A DNA stretch of 64,000 bases, taken from a virus. The position numbers were made by a program, and so were the translations under genes. Position 1 is the first letter of the stretch. Each line of letters starts with the position of its first letter. Where the stretch lies: positions 1 through 64,000 of the IMG/VR virus record IMGVR_UViG_3300025141_014429; one strand, given 5' to 3'. Positions 36,012 to 45,300 of the stretch are shown piece by piece. Below the pieces are notes generated by a model, which saw only the letters and a program-made list of their open reading frames with translations, ran no database searches and was not told the DNA's origin.

Positions 36012-37190
36012 ATGTCAATATTTAAAGAACATAAAACTATAGCAGATAGATCAGCTACAGATAGAAGAAGACATAAAAAGAAAATAGAAAAAGCTATCAA
36101 GGAAGGTATTCATGATATTATTGCTGAAGAGAATATTATTGGAAAAGATGGCAAGAAGAAAATAAAAATTCCTGTAAGAGGTATTAAAGAATTCAGGTTT
36201 ATATACAATGATGAGCCGGGAAATGGCCAAAAAAAGGTAGGATCAGCACAAGGTAAAAATATATCAAAAGGACAAAAAATATCTAGTGGTAAACAAAAGA
36301 AGGGTAAAGGTAAAAAAACAGATAAACCGGGTAATGAATCAGGTGATGAATACTATGAGGTAGAAATTTCTTTAGAAGAATTAGCAAATTATCTTTTTGA
36401 TGATTTAGACTTGCCTGAATTGGAAAAGAAGAATTTCACTAATATTGTTAGTGAAAAGTATAAAAGAAAAGGTTACAGACCTCAAGGTATAAGGCCTAGA
36501 TTATCAAAAAAAGAGACAATTAAAAATAAAATTCGTAGAAAGAAAAAAGCAATAAAGACAGGCACATATGATCCTGAGTCTGAAGAAAGATTCACATTTC
36601 ACGAAAGTGATCTAAAATACAAACACATTGCAGTTACACAAAAAGAAGTTACAAATGCTGTGATATTTTTTATCATGGATGTCTCAGGATCAATGGGGAA
36701 AACTAAGAAATTTCTTGCAAGAAGCTTTTTCTTCTTATTGTATCAATTCTTAAGACATAGATATCAAAAAGTAGAAATTGTTTTTATATCACACACAACA
36801 GAAGCATGGGAAGTTGATGAGGAACAATTCTTTTCTAGGGGCTCATCAGGAGGTACATTCATAAGTTCAGGAATAGAAAGATGCTTAGAGATAATAACAC
36901 AGCGATACTCGCCTGAAAATTGGAACATATATAGTTTTCACTGCAGTGATGGTGATAACTGGTCAGAAGATAATAAAAAAGCATTAGATTTAACTGATCA
37001 ACTAAAAGAAATGTGTCAATTATGTGCATATATCCAAATACTGGGTAGGAATAGTTTCGGTGCCGGAGACGGTAATAAGATGGCAGATGTATATGATCAA
37101 ATGCAGGATAAGAAATTTAAAGTTTCTAAAATAAACAATAAGAAAGATGTTTGGCCTGAATTTGCTAAGTTATTTGGAGGTAAATTATGA
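36012..37190 (+). CDS. yeaH: YeaH/YhbH (DUF444) vWA-domain protein
   Basis: DRRRHKKKIE, IMDVSGSM MIDAS motif, SGGTFISS, HCSDGDNW. Confidence 0.9.
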   Translation: MSIFKEHKTIADRSATDRRRHKKKIEKAIKEGIHDIIAEENIIGKDGKKKIKIPVRGIKEFRFIYNDEPGNGQKKVGSAQGKNISKGQKISSGKQKKGKGKKTDKPGNESGDEYYEVEISLEELANYLFDDLDLPELEKKNFTNIVSEKYKRKGYRPQGIRPRLSKKETIKNKIRRKKKAIKTGTYDPESEERFTFHESDLKYKHIAVTQKEVTNAVIFFIMDVSGSMGKTKKFLARSFFFLLYQFLRHRYQKVEIVFISHTTEAWEVDEEQFFSRGSSGGTFISSGIERCLEIITQRYSPENWNIYSFHCSDGDNWSEDNKKALDLTDQLKEMCQLCAYIQILGRNSFGAGDGNKMADVYDQMQDKKFKVSKINNKKDVWPEFAKLFGGKL

Positions 37191-38509
37191 CATGGAAGAT
37201 AAATGATCTTACTAGTTGGGATGATAAAATCATAGAAATTGCTAAAAAATACAATTTAGACTGGTATGATATCAACTATGAGATATGTGATTATTACGAA
37301 ATGATGGGTCATATGTCATATCACGGCATGCCAAGTCATTACAATCACTGGAGTTATGGAAAGTCATTCGAACAAACACGACAACTTTACAATTTAGGAG
37401 CACAAGGTCTACCATACGAATTAATTATAAATTCAGACCCATCTATAGCTTATCTCATGAGACAAAATGATTTATATCTTCAGATATTAATTATGGCACA
37501 CTGTATTGGTCATAGTGATTTTTTTAAAAATAATCGCTGTTTTCAGCATACAGATGCAAAAAATATTGTAGCTAAATTTAGAAATGCAAGAAATAGAATT
37601 CAAAAATATTCCGAAGATCCCAGTATAGGAATTGATGTTGTTGAAGAATTTATTGATTGTTTACATAGTATAAGATTCCAAACATGCAGACATAATATTC
37701 CACGTAAATCAAAAAATCAAATCAAACGTGATCTGATTAAAAAATACAACAAGGATAAAAACAACCAATTGATTAAGAAAGTATCCTTGAATAGATTAGA
37801 ATCATCACAACTATTAGAAGATGATCATGATTTGCTTTCATTTTTACTAGAATACGGAACACATTTTGAAGATTGGCAACTAGATATAATTAATATAGTT
37901 AGAGAAGACAGCATGTATTTTATTCCTCAAATAAAGACAAAGATACTTAATGAGGGATGGGCTTCTTTTTGGCATTATAAAATTCTTCATGAGTTGGAAT
38001 TGCCACAAGAATATCATATTCCTTTTTTGAAAATGCATAATGCAGTAGTCAGACCTCATATAGGTGGAATCAATCCTTATCATGTAGGCTTTTATCTTTT
38101 TCAAAAAATTGAAAAAGAAATGGGATTAGATGAATGTTTTCTAATACGAGAAGTGCACGACGATGAATCAGCGATAAGAATGTATTTAGATGAAGATGAT
38201 TTTAGAAAATTAAACTTGTTTACATATTCAAAAGATAAAAATAATGATACTTTTATCGATGAAGTATCAGATCATGATGACTGGAAAGTTGTTAGAAATA
38301 CACTGCTGCAGAACACCGGTGTTAATTCAATCCCAAGAATATATGCACATGATATAAAGAAAGATAAGTCATTGGTTCTTAAGCACGATCATGACGGAAG
38401 AGATCTAGACTTAGAATATGCTGATAAAGTTATTGAAAACGTTCGACATCTCTGGCCAGAAGGCGCAGTTCTTTTTACTGTAATAGAAGATGAGATATGG
38501 GAAATATAG
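37187..38509 (+). CDS. spoVR: SpoVR/YcgB family protein
   Basis: GMPSHYNHWSYGKSF, YELIINSDP, MAHCIGHSDFFKNN, KILNEGWASFWH. Confidence 0.92.
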   Translation: MTWKINDLTSWDDKIIEIAKKYNLDWYDINYEICDYYEMMGHMSYHGMPSHYNHWSYGKSFEQTRQLYNLGAQGLPYELIINSDPSIAYLMRQNDLYLQILIMAHCIGHSDFFKNNRCFQHTDAKNIVAKFRNARNRIQKYSEDPSIGIDVVEEFIDCLHSIRFQTCRHNIPRKSKNQIKRDLIKKYNKDKNNQLIKKVSLNRLESSQLLEDDHDLLSFLLEYGTHFEDWQLDIINIVREDSMYFIPQIKTKILNEGWASFWHYKILHELELPQEYHIPFLKMHNAVVRPHIGGINPYHVGFYLFQKIEKEMGLDECFLIREVHDDESAIRMYLDEDDFRKLNLFTYSKDKNNDTFIDEVSDHDDWKVVRNTLLQNTGVNSIPRIYAHDIKKDKSLVLKHDHDGRDLDLEYADKVIENVRHLWPEGAVLFTVIEDEIWEI

Positions 38510-38576
38510 GGTAAACTTTTTTTAATATATAGTTATAATAGTATATGACAGCAATTAATTTCATAGGAAAATAAAA

Positions 38577-40511
38577 ATGGCCAACAAAGATTTTTTAAAA
38601 ATTATCAAAAAGCAGAGATCAAAAAGCAAGAAAAAGAAATTTCAAGGTACTCTTTTAGAGTATTTAGATATCATACAGGAAGATCCTAGCGCAGTTCAAT
38701 TAGCTCATAGAAGACTTTATGATGTAATTAATAATAAAGGTTGCAAAACAGTTGATATTGATGACGATGGTTACAGAGGCATCTTTAATGGTGATAAGAT
38801 TAGAACATATGATTATTTTAAAGAAGAATTCTTTGGAATGGAACTCATCATCAATAAGCTTATGAGGTATATGAAATCAGCTGCACTTAAAGGTGAAGAA
38901 TCTAGACAAGTACTTTTACTTATGGGGCCGGTAGGTGCAGGTAAATCAGCACTAACAGAGCATGTTAAAAGAGCACTTGAACTAGCAGAACCTGCATATC
39001 ATTTAGATGGTTGTCCAATTCGTGAAGAACCTCTTCATTTAATTCCTAGAAGTTTAAGACCTGAATTTGAAAAAATACTTGGTGTTAAAATTGAAGGTGA
39101 TCTATGCCCTATTTGTCGTCATAGGCTTATCAATGATTTTAATGGAGAGTATGAAAAATTTCCAGTTAAACAATCATCATTTTCACAAAGAGGACGAAGA
39201 GGTATTGCAACAGTGCCGCCTATGGATGCAAATTCACAGGATGTATCTGTTTTAATCGGAACTGAAGATATTAGTAAACTAGATCTTTATCCAGAAGATG
39301 ATCCTAGAGTATTATCGCTGAATGGTGCATTCAATGTGGGTAATAGAGGAATAGTAGAATTTGTTGAGGTATTTAAAAATGAAATTGAGTTTTTGCATAC
39401 TATGTTAACAGCAACTCAAGAAAAGCGTGTACCTTCGCCAGGTAAAAACGATATGATCTATTTTGATGGAGTCATATTATCCCATTGTAATGAAGCAGAG
39501 TGGAACAGATTTAAAGGTGAACACACGAATGAGGCTATTTTAGACAGGGTCATGAGAATAGAAGTACCTTACGTGCTAGAACTAGATCAAGAAATGAAAA
39601 TTTATGAAAAGATGATAAATAGATCTGATTTCAAAGGTGCACATATTGCACCGCATACTATTAAAATTGCATCGATGTTCTCAATAATGTCACGACTTAA
39701 AACGTCAAACAAGTGTGATATCCTTACTAAAATGAAAATATATAATGGTGAAGATATTATAGAAAAAGGAAAAGTAAGAAAAGTAGACATTAGAGACTTA
39801 AAAGATGAAGCAAGAAAAGAAGGGATGACGGGTATATCTACAAGATTTATTATGAAAGCCCTAGATGCAGCATTATCTGATTCTGACAGGAATATGATCA
39901 CTCCAATAAGTGTAATGGAAAGTCTAAGTAAACAAGTCAAAGAACAAATAATTGCTGAAGATGTTAAGGAAACTTACTTAGAAATAATCCAAAAGATAAT
40001 AAGGGAAGAATACCTTCGAATTCTAGAAACTGAAATAGCTAAAGCATTTATCACTGCTTACGAAGAACAAGCACAATCATTGTTTGAATCTTATCTTGAT
40101 AATGCAGAGTGTTACACAACAGGTGCTAACGTCAAGGATAAGATAACAAGAGAAGAACGTGAACCTGATGAAAAATTCATGAAGTCTATAGAAGAAATGA
40201 TAGGTGTTGTAGGTTCTGCACGTGACGGGTTCAGATCAGATGTTACTTCATATATGTTTTCTAAGATGAGAAGAGGAGAAACTATTGATTTTAAATCGTA
40301 TGGACCACTCAGAGAAGCAATCGAAGAATATATGATAATGTCAGTTAAAGATATATCTAGAATTGTAACTAGATCTAGATCAAGAGATGATGATCAAAAG
40401 AAAAAGTATAGTGAAATGGTCAGTACGTTGATTGAAGAGTATGGGTATGATGAATGGTCAGCTGAAGAAATACTGACTTATGCTTCAAATAACCTCTGGA
40501 GAGACTCATAA
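38577..40511 (+). CDS. prkA: PrkA/YeaG family AAA+ serine protein kinase/ATPase
   Basis: LLLMGPVGAGKS Walker A, GCPIREEPL, GAFNVGNRGIVEFVE, AILDR, GISTRF. Confidence 0.93.
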   Translation: MANKDFLKIIKKQRSKSKKKKFQGTLLEYLDIIQEDPSAVQLAHRRLYDVINNKGCKTVDIDDDGYRGIFNGDKIRTYDYFKEEFFGMELIINKLMRYMKSAALKGEESRQVLLLMGPVGAGKSALTEHVKRALELAEPAYHLDGCPIREEPLHLIPRSLRPEFEKILGVKIEGDLCPICRHRLINDFNGEYEKFPVKQSSFSQRGRRGIATVPPMDANSQDVSVLIGTEDISKLDLYPEDDPRVLSLNGAFNVGNRGIVEFVEVFKNEIEFLHTMLTATQEKRVPSPGKNDMIYFDGVILSHCNEAEWNRFKGEHTNEAILDRVMRIEVPYVLELDQEMKIYEKMINRSDFKGAHIAPHTIKIASMFSIMSRLKTSNKCDILTKMKIYNGEDIIEKGKVRKVDIRDLKDEARKEGMTGISTRFIMKALDAALSDSDRNMITPISVMESLSKQVKEQIIAEDVKETYLEIIQKIIREEYLRILETEIAKAFITAYEEQAQSLFESYLDNAECYTTGANVKDKITREEREPDEKFMKSIEEMIGVVGSARDGFRSDVTSYMFSKMRRGETIDFKSYGPLREAIEEYMIMSVKDISRIVTRSRSRDDDQKKKYSEMVSTLIEEYGYDEWSAEEILTYASNNLWRDS

Positions 40512-40515
40512 AGTC

Positions 40516-41802
40516 ATGGACTTTATTGAACTTAAAGACAAGGAATTCCTAGAAAAATTACTTAGAGAGGAATACAAATCTTTTAAAAATTCTAGTGAAG
40601 ATGATACAGTTTATGAAAAAGGCTTTTTAGTAAAAGGAAAGTCTTTCAATTACTTAAATTCAAAAAGTGGAAATGAATCACAAAGTATATTTAGACCCCT
40701 GATAACAAATATATTTTCTGATTTAGAGTCGATTTATCCAGGACTAGGAGAACAATTTATTGATATTACTATGTCAGAAATTTCCAAACCCGGGTTTAAA
40801 GATGAGAAATTATCTGATATTGAAAACAGTATTAGTGAAATGATCAATGTAGTAAAGTCCAAGTCGATCAATATGTGTAAAAATGACTTTAGATATTTTG
40901 TTACAAATGAAATTTCTAAATGTAACAGAAAAATAATAAGAACAATTGTAGATAATATGAGAGTTTCTACAAGACTTTTTATTGAAGAAAGTCATATTGA
41001 TAAAAATATTATTCTTAAAACAAATAGTATAACATTTAATTTAGACTTTGATGGTGATTTTTTATTAAATAAACAAAAATGGGAAGCTAAAGACTATAAT
41101 TTTGTTATTATAGATGGTTTTATAGATACAGTAGGTGAAATATATCATCTGTTGCAAAATGCAAGTGAAAATAAAGAACCTTATGTAATATTTTGCAAAG
41201 GAATGAGCCCAGAGGTCAAAGATGTATTTTTGCAAAATTTAAAAAGAAGAACAATAAATGTTTTTCCTGTTTCGCTAGATATCAATGAATTGAATGTTAA
41301 TATTCTTATTGATTTTGCAATGCTTCATGGATCAGATGTTGTTAGTTCATTAAAAGGTGAAACAATATCAATAGCAATAAGGCGAAAACTTAAGAAAGGA
41401 CAAAAAATAAGCATAGATAAAAACGGAATTAATTTTAAACCATTAATATCCGACAACATTATTGCAAGGCATGTAGAATACTTAGAAAAAAGAAAAGCAG
41501 CGTCTAGTATAGAAGTAAATACAGAAATATTAGAAAAAAGAATAAAGATGTTATCAGCTGATAAAATTATATTAAAAATAGATAAAAGTGACAGTATTTT
41601 GGCAAGAGATGTAAAAAAGACTTTGTTCTTTCTTAAAACAGGATCTTCGGGAGTGTTTTACGGTAAGAAAAATCATATTACAGAATTAAAGATAATTCCA
41701 ACATACTCAATAATTCATCTACTTAAGAAAACTTTGTCATTCTTAAAAACAATTTACACTATTGATTGCGCAGTTATAATTAGAAAGAAAACTGGTCAAT
41801 AG
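40516..41802 (+). CDS. degenerate GroEL/Cpn60-like protein (start revised)
   Basis: FVIIDGFIDTVGEIYHLLQNASENKEPYVIFCKGM...LIDFAMLHGSDVVS...LEKRIKMLS aligns with the GroEL apical and intermediate domains; GDGTTT motif absent. Confidence 0.7.
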   Translation: MDFIELKDKEFLEKLLREEYKSFKNSSEDDTVYEKGFLVKGKSFNYLNSKSGNESQSIFRPLITNIFSDLESIYPGLGEQFIDITMSEISKPGFKDEKLSDIENSISEMINVVKSKSINMCKNDFRYFVTNEISKCNRKIIRTIVDNMRVSTRLFIEESHIDKNIILKTNSITFNLDFDGDFLLNKQKWEAKDYNFVIIDGFIDTVGEIYHLLQNASENKEPYVIFCKGMSPEVKDVFLQNLKRRTINVFPVSLDINELNVNILIDFAMLHGSDVVSSLKGETISIAIRRKLKKGQKISIDKNGINFKPLISDNIIARHVEYLEKRKAASSIEVNTEILEKRIKMLSADKIILKIDKSDSILARDVKKTLFFLKTGSSGVFYGKKNHITELKIIPTYSIIHLLKKTLSFLKTIYTIDCAVIIRKKTGQ

Positions 41803-41810
41803 GAGAAATA

Positions 41811-42038
41811 ATGGCTTTAAAAGAATCTGATGTTACGAGATCATTTATAACAGTAGTTAGTCACGTAAAAAATCAAACAAAAAACAATGTTGTATTGGCA
41901 CATCAAAAAGGTATGTTTGGAGAGCTTAATAAGAGTCAAATTGAAAGAATATGCAATATTATTGAAAGCTCAATTGAACAAGCAGCAACTGCTGCTATAG
42001 CTTCAGAAGCAAGAGGATTAGCAAAAGCTTCAGAATAG
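41811..42038 (+). CDS. hypothetical protein
   Basis: AGGAG SD, in operon. Confidence 0.7.
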   Translation: MALKESDVTRSFITVVSHVKNQTKNNVVLAHQKGMFGELNKSQIERICNIIESSIEQAATAAIASEARGLAKASE

Positions 42039-42041
42039 TCT

Positions 42042-42533
42042 ATGACCAAGTACAAAGGAATTAAGCATCTTATTGAATGTCATTGTATTTTACCTCAATA
42101 CAAGCGGCGAGATCCGCCTTTTTATCATAAATTTACTGTGTACTCTAAAATAATAGATGGTTTAGTTTATGAAAAATATGCACAATGTAATAATTGTGAC
42201 ATTGTGCATAAAGTTTTTGATATATGCAAATCTGAAATAGTTGTAGGTAAAGAAGAGTTTAATACAGGTTTGACAATATCTGACATGTCTCTACAGTTGT
42301 CAGATAAATTAAGTATGCTACTTTCTAATAGTAACTGTGACTATGCAACATGGGAACATGTACTTGATATCATAGATGAAGAAAGGTGGGAAGAACCTGT
42401 TGTAATTAAAAGAGAAATAGTAGATGATAAGACAGTTGTAAAAATTTTAAAAATACAATCAGGTGAAAGAATTAAGATACAGACAAAAACTATAGAGGAT
42501 CAATTAGTAGGAGAGTACTATGAAAATAGGTAA
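42042..42533 (+). CDS. putative zinc-binding protein
   Basis: IECHC, CNNC..VH, C motifs. Confidence 0.6.
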   Translation: MTKYKGIKHLIECHCILPQYKRRDPPFYHKFTVYSKIIDGLVYEKYAQCNNCDIVHKVFDICKSEIVVGKEEFNTGLTISDMSLQLSDKLSMLLSNSNCDYATWEHVLDIIDEERWEEPVVIKREIVDDKTVVKILKIQSGERIKIQTKTIEDQLVGEYYENR

Positions 42534-42789
42534 AACAGAAAGTGAGAAAGATATCAAAAATATCCAAGAGTCTAGAGAAATTGTTAAAACTATAATAGAT
42601 TACGGTGTCAATGAAGAGCATAAGGTGAACATACTTTATTTTTTATCTCTTGAATTAGAAAATAGATCTGCGCTTGAGGATATAACTAAAATTTTAAAAA
42701 AATATAGGTCTGGTATTAAACCTGATGAAGAATCACAGTATGATGATAAAGAACCTGATGGCGATAATAGAAAGCTATTAGGGGTTTGA
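42520..42789 (+). CDS. hypothetical protein
   Basis: AGGAG SD, overlaps upstream gene. Confidence 0.65.
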   Translation: MKIGKTESEKDIKNIQESREIVKTIIDYGVNEEHKVNILYFLSLELENRSALEDITKILKKYRSGIKPDEESQYDDKEPDGDNRKLLGV

Positions 42790-42808
42790 CAAATTTAAGG
42801 AGTGAAAA

Positions 42809-43012
42809 ATGTCTGAATCAAACTTACTTTTAGGACAGTGGGAAGAGTTGAAAACTTTAGTTGAGTCCCTAGAGAGCGATATACAAAAAAACGCTGTCAA
42901 AGGAAATAAATCAGCAGGAGTTAGAGTTAGAAAAGGTCTAAGGCTAGTAAAAAAGCAAGCTACAGAACTGGTCAAAGCAACACTAAATAATGACAAAGCA
43001 GAAGAAGCTTAG
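42809..43012 (+). CDS. histone H1-like protein, Hc1 family
   Basis: WEELKTLVESLESD..K..KGNKSAGVRVRKGLRLVKK matches the Hc1 pattern; AAGGAG SD. Confidence 0.7.
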   Translation: MSESNLLLGQWEELKTLVESLESDIQKNAVKGNKSAGVRVRKGLRLVKKQATELVKATLNNDKAEEA

Positions 43013-43037
43013 TATTTATATTTTCCATAATTTGTTT

Positions 43038-43066
43038 AAAAGCTCACTTTATGTGAGCTTTTTTTT
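43038..43066. terminator. bidirectional intrinsic terminator
   Basis: AAAAGCTCAC-TTTAT-GTGAGCTTTT plus T run, between convergent genes. Confidence 0.85.
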
Positions 43067-43289
43067 ATAAATTAATTTTCTTTTTAATCTTTTTAAGAAC
43101 TTGTTTTTCTATTTGACAAATTCTCATTCTTGTTACATTAAAAAGATTCCCTATATCTTGAAGGGTCCATTCTTTTCTTTTTGTTCCTACAATTACACAA
43201 TTACCAGATGATTTATCTTTGATCCAATATCTGCACGCTTTTAATTTACAGCCTGTGCAATTTTGTTCTTGAAACTTATAACATTTCAT
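43065..43289 (-). CDS. stand-alone sigma-70 region 4 HTH protein with Cys-rich N-terminus (start revised)
   Basis: WTLQDIGNLFNVTRMRICQIEKQVLKKI versus sigma70 TLEEVG..FDVTRERIRQIE.KALRKL; AAGGAG SD before ATG 43289. Confidence 0.8.
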   Translation of the reverse strand: MKCYKFQEQNCTGCKLKACRYWIKDKSSGNCVIVGTKRKEWTLQDIGNLFNVTRMRICQIEKQVLKKIKKKINL

Positions 43290-43365
43290 TCTCACTCCTT
43301 ATACTAGAAATAGTTTAAGCATATTATACACAGATGAGATAATTAAGAACAATAAGGAGTTAATT

Positions 43366-44688
43366 TTGTCTAAACTAAAAAACCGAAAACTATTTGTAAT
43401 TGATACTAGTGTTCTACTTTATGATAAATCATCAATACACTCATTCCCAGGAAATGACTTAATCATACCATTAGTTGTTCTAGACGAATTAGACAGATTC
43501 AAAGACAAGAAAGGAATTGTTGGTGAAAATGCAAGATATATAAATCGCTATCTTGACAACCTTAGAAGTACAGGAAAGCTTTATCAAGGAATAGAGATAC
43601 AAAATAAACAAACAATTAGAGTTGAATTAGGTGGAATGAGAGATGTTCCTGTTGGATTGGATCCTAATCTTGCAGATAATAAAATCATTTCTGTTGCCAT
43701 GAATTTGCAAGGAAAAACAAAGCAAAAGGTTGTAGTTGTCACTAAAGATATAAATTTCAGAGTTAAATGTGATGCATTAAGTATACTTGCAGAAGACTAC
43801 TATAAAGACAAAATCATTGAAAGTTCAGAAGAAATATATCAAGGGCACATTGAAATAGACGTTGAAAGTAGTTTCATTGATGATGTCTACAGCGAAAAAA
43901 TTAAAAACATATCAGACATTGAAGAATTATGTCAAAAAAGAATTTATGAAAATCATTTTTTCTGTCTAAAGAATGGTAGTCAGTCTTTCATAGGAATGAA
44001 CAACGGAGGACAAGTAAAAAAAGCTCCTGAAAATTCTCAACTTTTAGAAGATTTCATGGGTATCAAGCCAAGAAATAGAGAACAGGTATATGCCTTAAAT
44101 CTACTATGTGATGAAAATATTCCTCTTGTTTCACTTGCCGGTCTTGCTGGGTCAGGAAAAACTTTCTTAACACTTATGGCTGCGATTGATTCACTTAATA
44201 AGAAAAAGTATGAGAGGATTGTAATAACAAGAAATATACAACCTGTAGGTAGAGACATTGGTTTTTTACCTGGAGACGTTAACGATAAGATGATGCCTTG
44301 GATGGCACCAATTATGGATAACTTTAGACATGGGCTAAAAGATAAGAACTTAATGTATTTTCATGCAATGAAAGATAAAGGACATATAGAAATAGCACCA
44401 CTTTCATTCATCAGAGGTAGAACATTTTCAAATACATTTCTCATACTTGACGAAGCTCAAAATGCATCCATTCATGAACTTAAGACAGTAATTACAAGAA
44501 TGGGAGAAAATAGCAAAATTGTGTTACTTGGAGACATTGATCAAATTGATACGCCTTATTTAGATTCGCTTTCAAACGGTCTAACAATTGTTGCAGAAAA
44601 GTTTAAAGAGAGTAATTTAGCAGGTCATGTCTTACTTAAAAAAGGTGAGAGATCTTCACTGGCAACAATAGCTTCGAAGATAATTTAG
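43366..44688 (+). CDS. phoH: PIN-PhoH fusion (PhoH2/YlaK-like) ATPase/ribonuclease
   Basis: FVIDTSVLL...LDELDRFK PIN domain; GLAGSGKT, RGRTF, LDEAQN, GDIDQID PhoH motifs. Confidence 0.92.
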   Translation: MSKLKNRKLFVIDTSVLLYDKSSIHSFPGNDLIIPLVVLDELDRFKDKKGIVGENARYINRYLDNLRSTGKLYQGIEIQNKQTIRVELGGMRDVPVGLDPNLADNKIISVAMNLQGKTKQKVVVVTKDINFRVKCDALSILAEDYYKDKIIESSEEIYQGHIEIDVESSFIDDVYSEKIKNISDIEELCQKRIYENHFFCLKNGSQSFIGMNNGGQVKKAPENSQLLEDFMGIKPRNREQVYALNLLCDENIPLVSLAGLAGSGKTFLTLMAAIDSLNKKKYERIVITRNIQPVGRDIGFLPGDVNDKMMPWMAPIMDNFRHGLKDKNLMYFHAMKDKGHIEIAPLSFIRGRTFSNTFLILDEAQNASIHELKTVITRMGENSKIVLLGDIDQIDTPYLDSLSNGLTIVAEKFKESNLAGHVLLKKGERSSLATIASKII

Positions 44689-44731
44689 ATAAATTTAATA
44701 TTGTCGGATATTTATACCATGAGGAACAATC

Positions 44732-45064
44732 ATGGCAAAGCGAGATAAAAATAGATTTAGAAAAACATATCCTTATTTGAGAAGAAAACCGGTTTTTGAA
44801 ACTGTGTTAGGCGGCGGGTCTAGTATTGGAGAAATTGAAGTAGGCATCATAAGTTACAATAAGACAGATGTCGGTACACATACCTTTACTACGTCTTTCA
44901 GTTCAGTACCCACAATAACAGCAGTTGCGGCAGAAACATCAGGTGGTACTCCTGCAAATGTAAATGTTTATGTTGAAGCTGTCGACTTAGGGTCAGTTCA
45001 AATAAGAGTTAGCGATGCAAACTTTGTAGGAAACGTTCATTTTCACGCAATAACTCCGAGTTAG
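44732..45064 (+). CDS. small tail-fibre-associated protein, H-type-lectin/gp53-like
   Basis: HTFTTSFSSVPTITA...VEAVDLGSVQIR...VHFHAI. Confidence 0.5.
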   Translation: MAKRDKNRFRKTYPYLRRKPVFETVLGGGSSIGEIEVGIISYNKTDVGTHTFTTSFSSVPTITAVAAETSGGTPANVNVYVEAVDLGSVQIRVSDANFVGNVHFHAITPS

Positions 45065-45067
45065 ATC

Positions 45068-45292
45068 ATGTCATCATTTACAATAGAAGTTCATAGCGTA
45101 ACGTTTACAGGAAGCAGTCAGCAATCTATTTCTTTTTCTAATTCTTACATATCAGTACCATCTGTGGCGGTAGTTGCTGACTCTGATAATGTCAACGCTT
45201 ACATAGAAAATATTACGACTACTGGCGCAACAATAAGAGTTAGTGACGATATATTTAATGGAACTGTTCAAGTACAAGTAATTGGAATTTAG
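45068..45292 (+). CDS. small tail-fibre-associated protein, paralog of the preceding gene
   Basis: ISFSNSYISVPSVAV...IENITTTGATIR...VQVQVI. Confidence 0.5.
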   Translation: MSSFTIEVHSVTFTGSSQQSISFSNSYISVPSVAVVADSDNVNAYIENITTTGATIRVSDDIFNGTVQVQVIGI

Positions 45293-45300
45293 GAGACACA

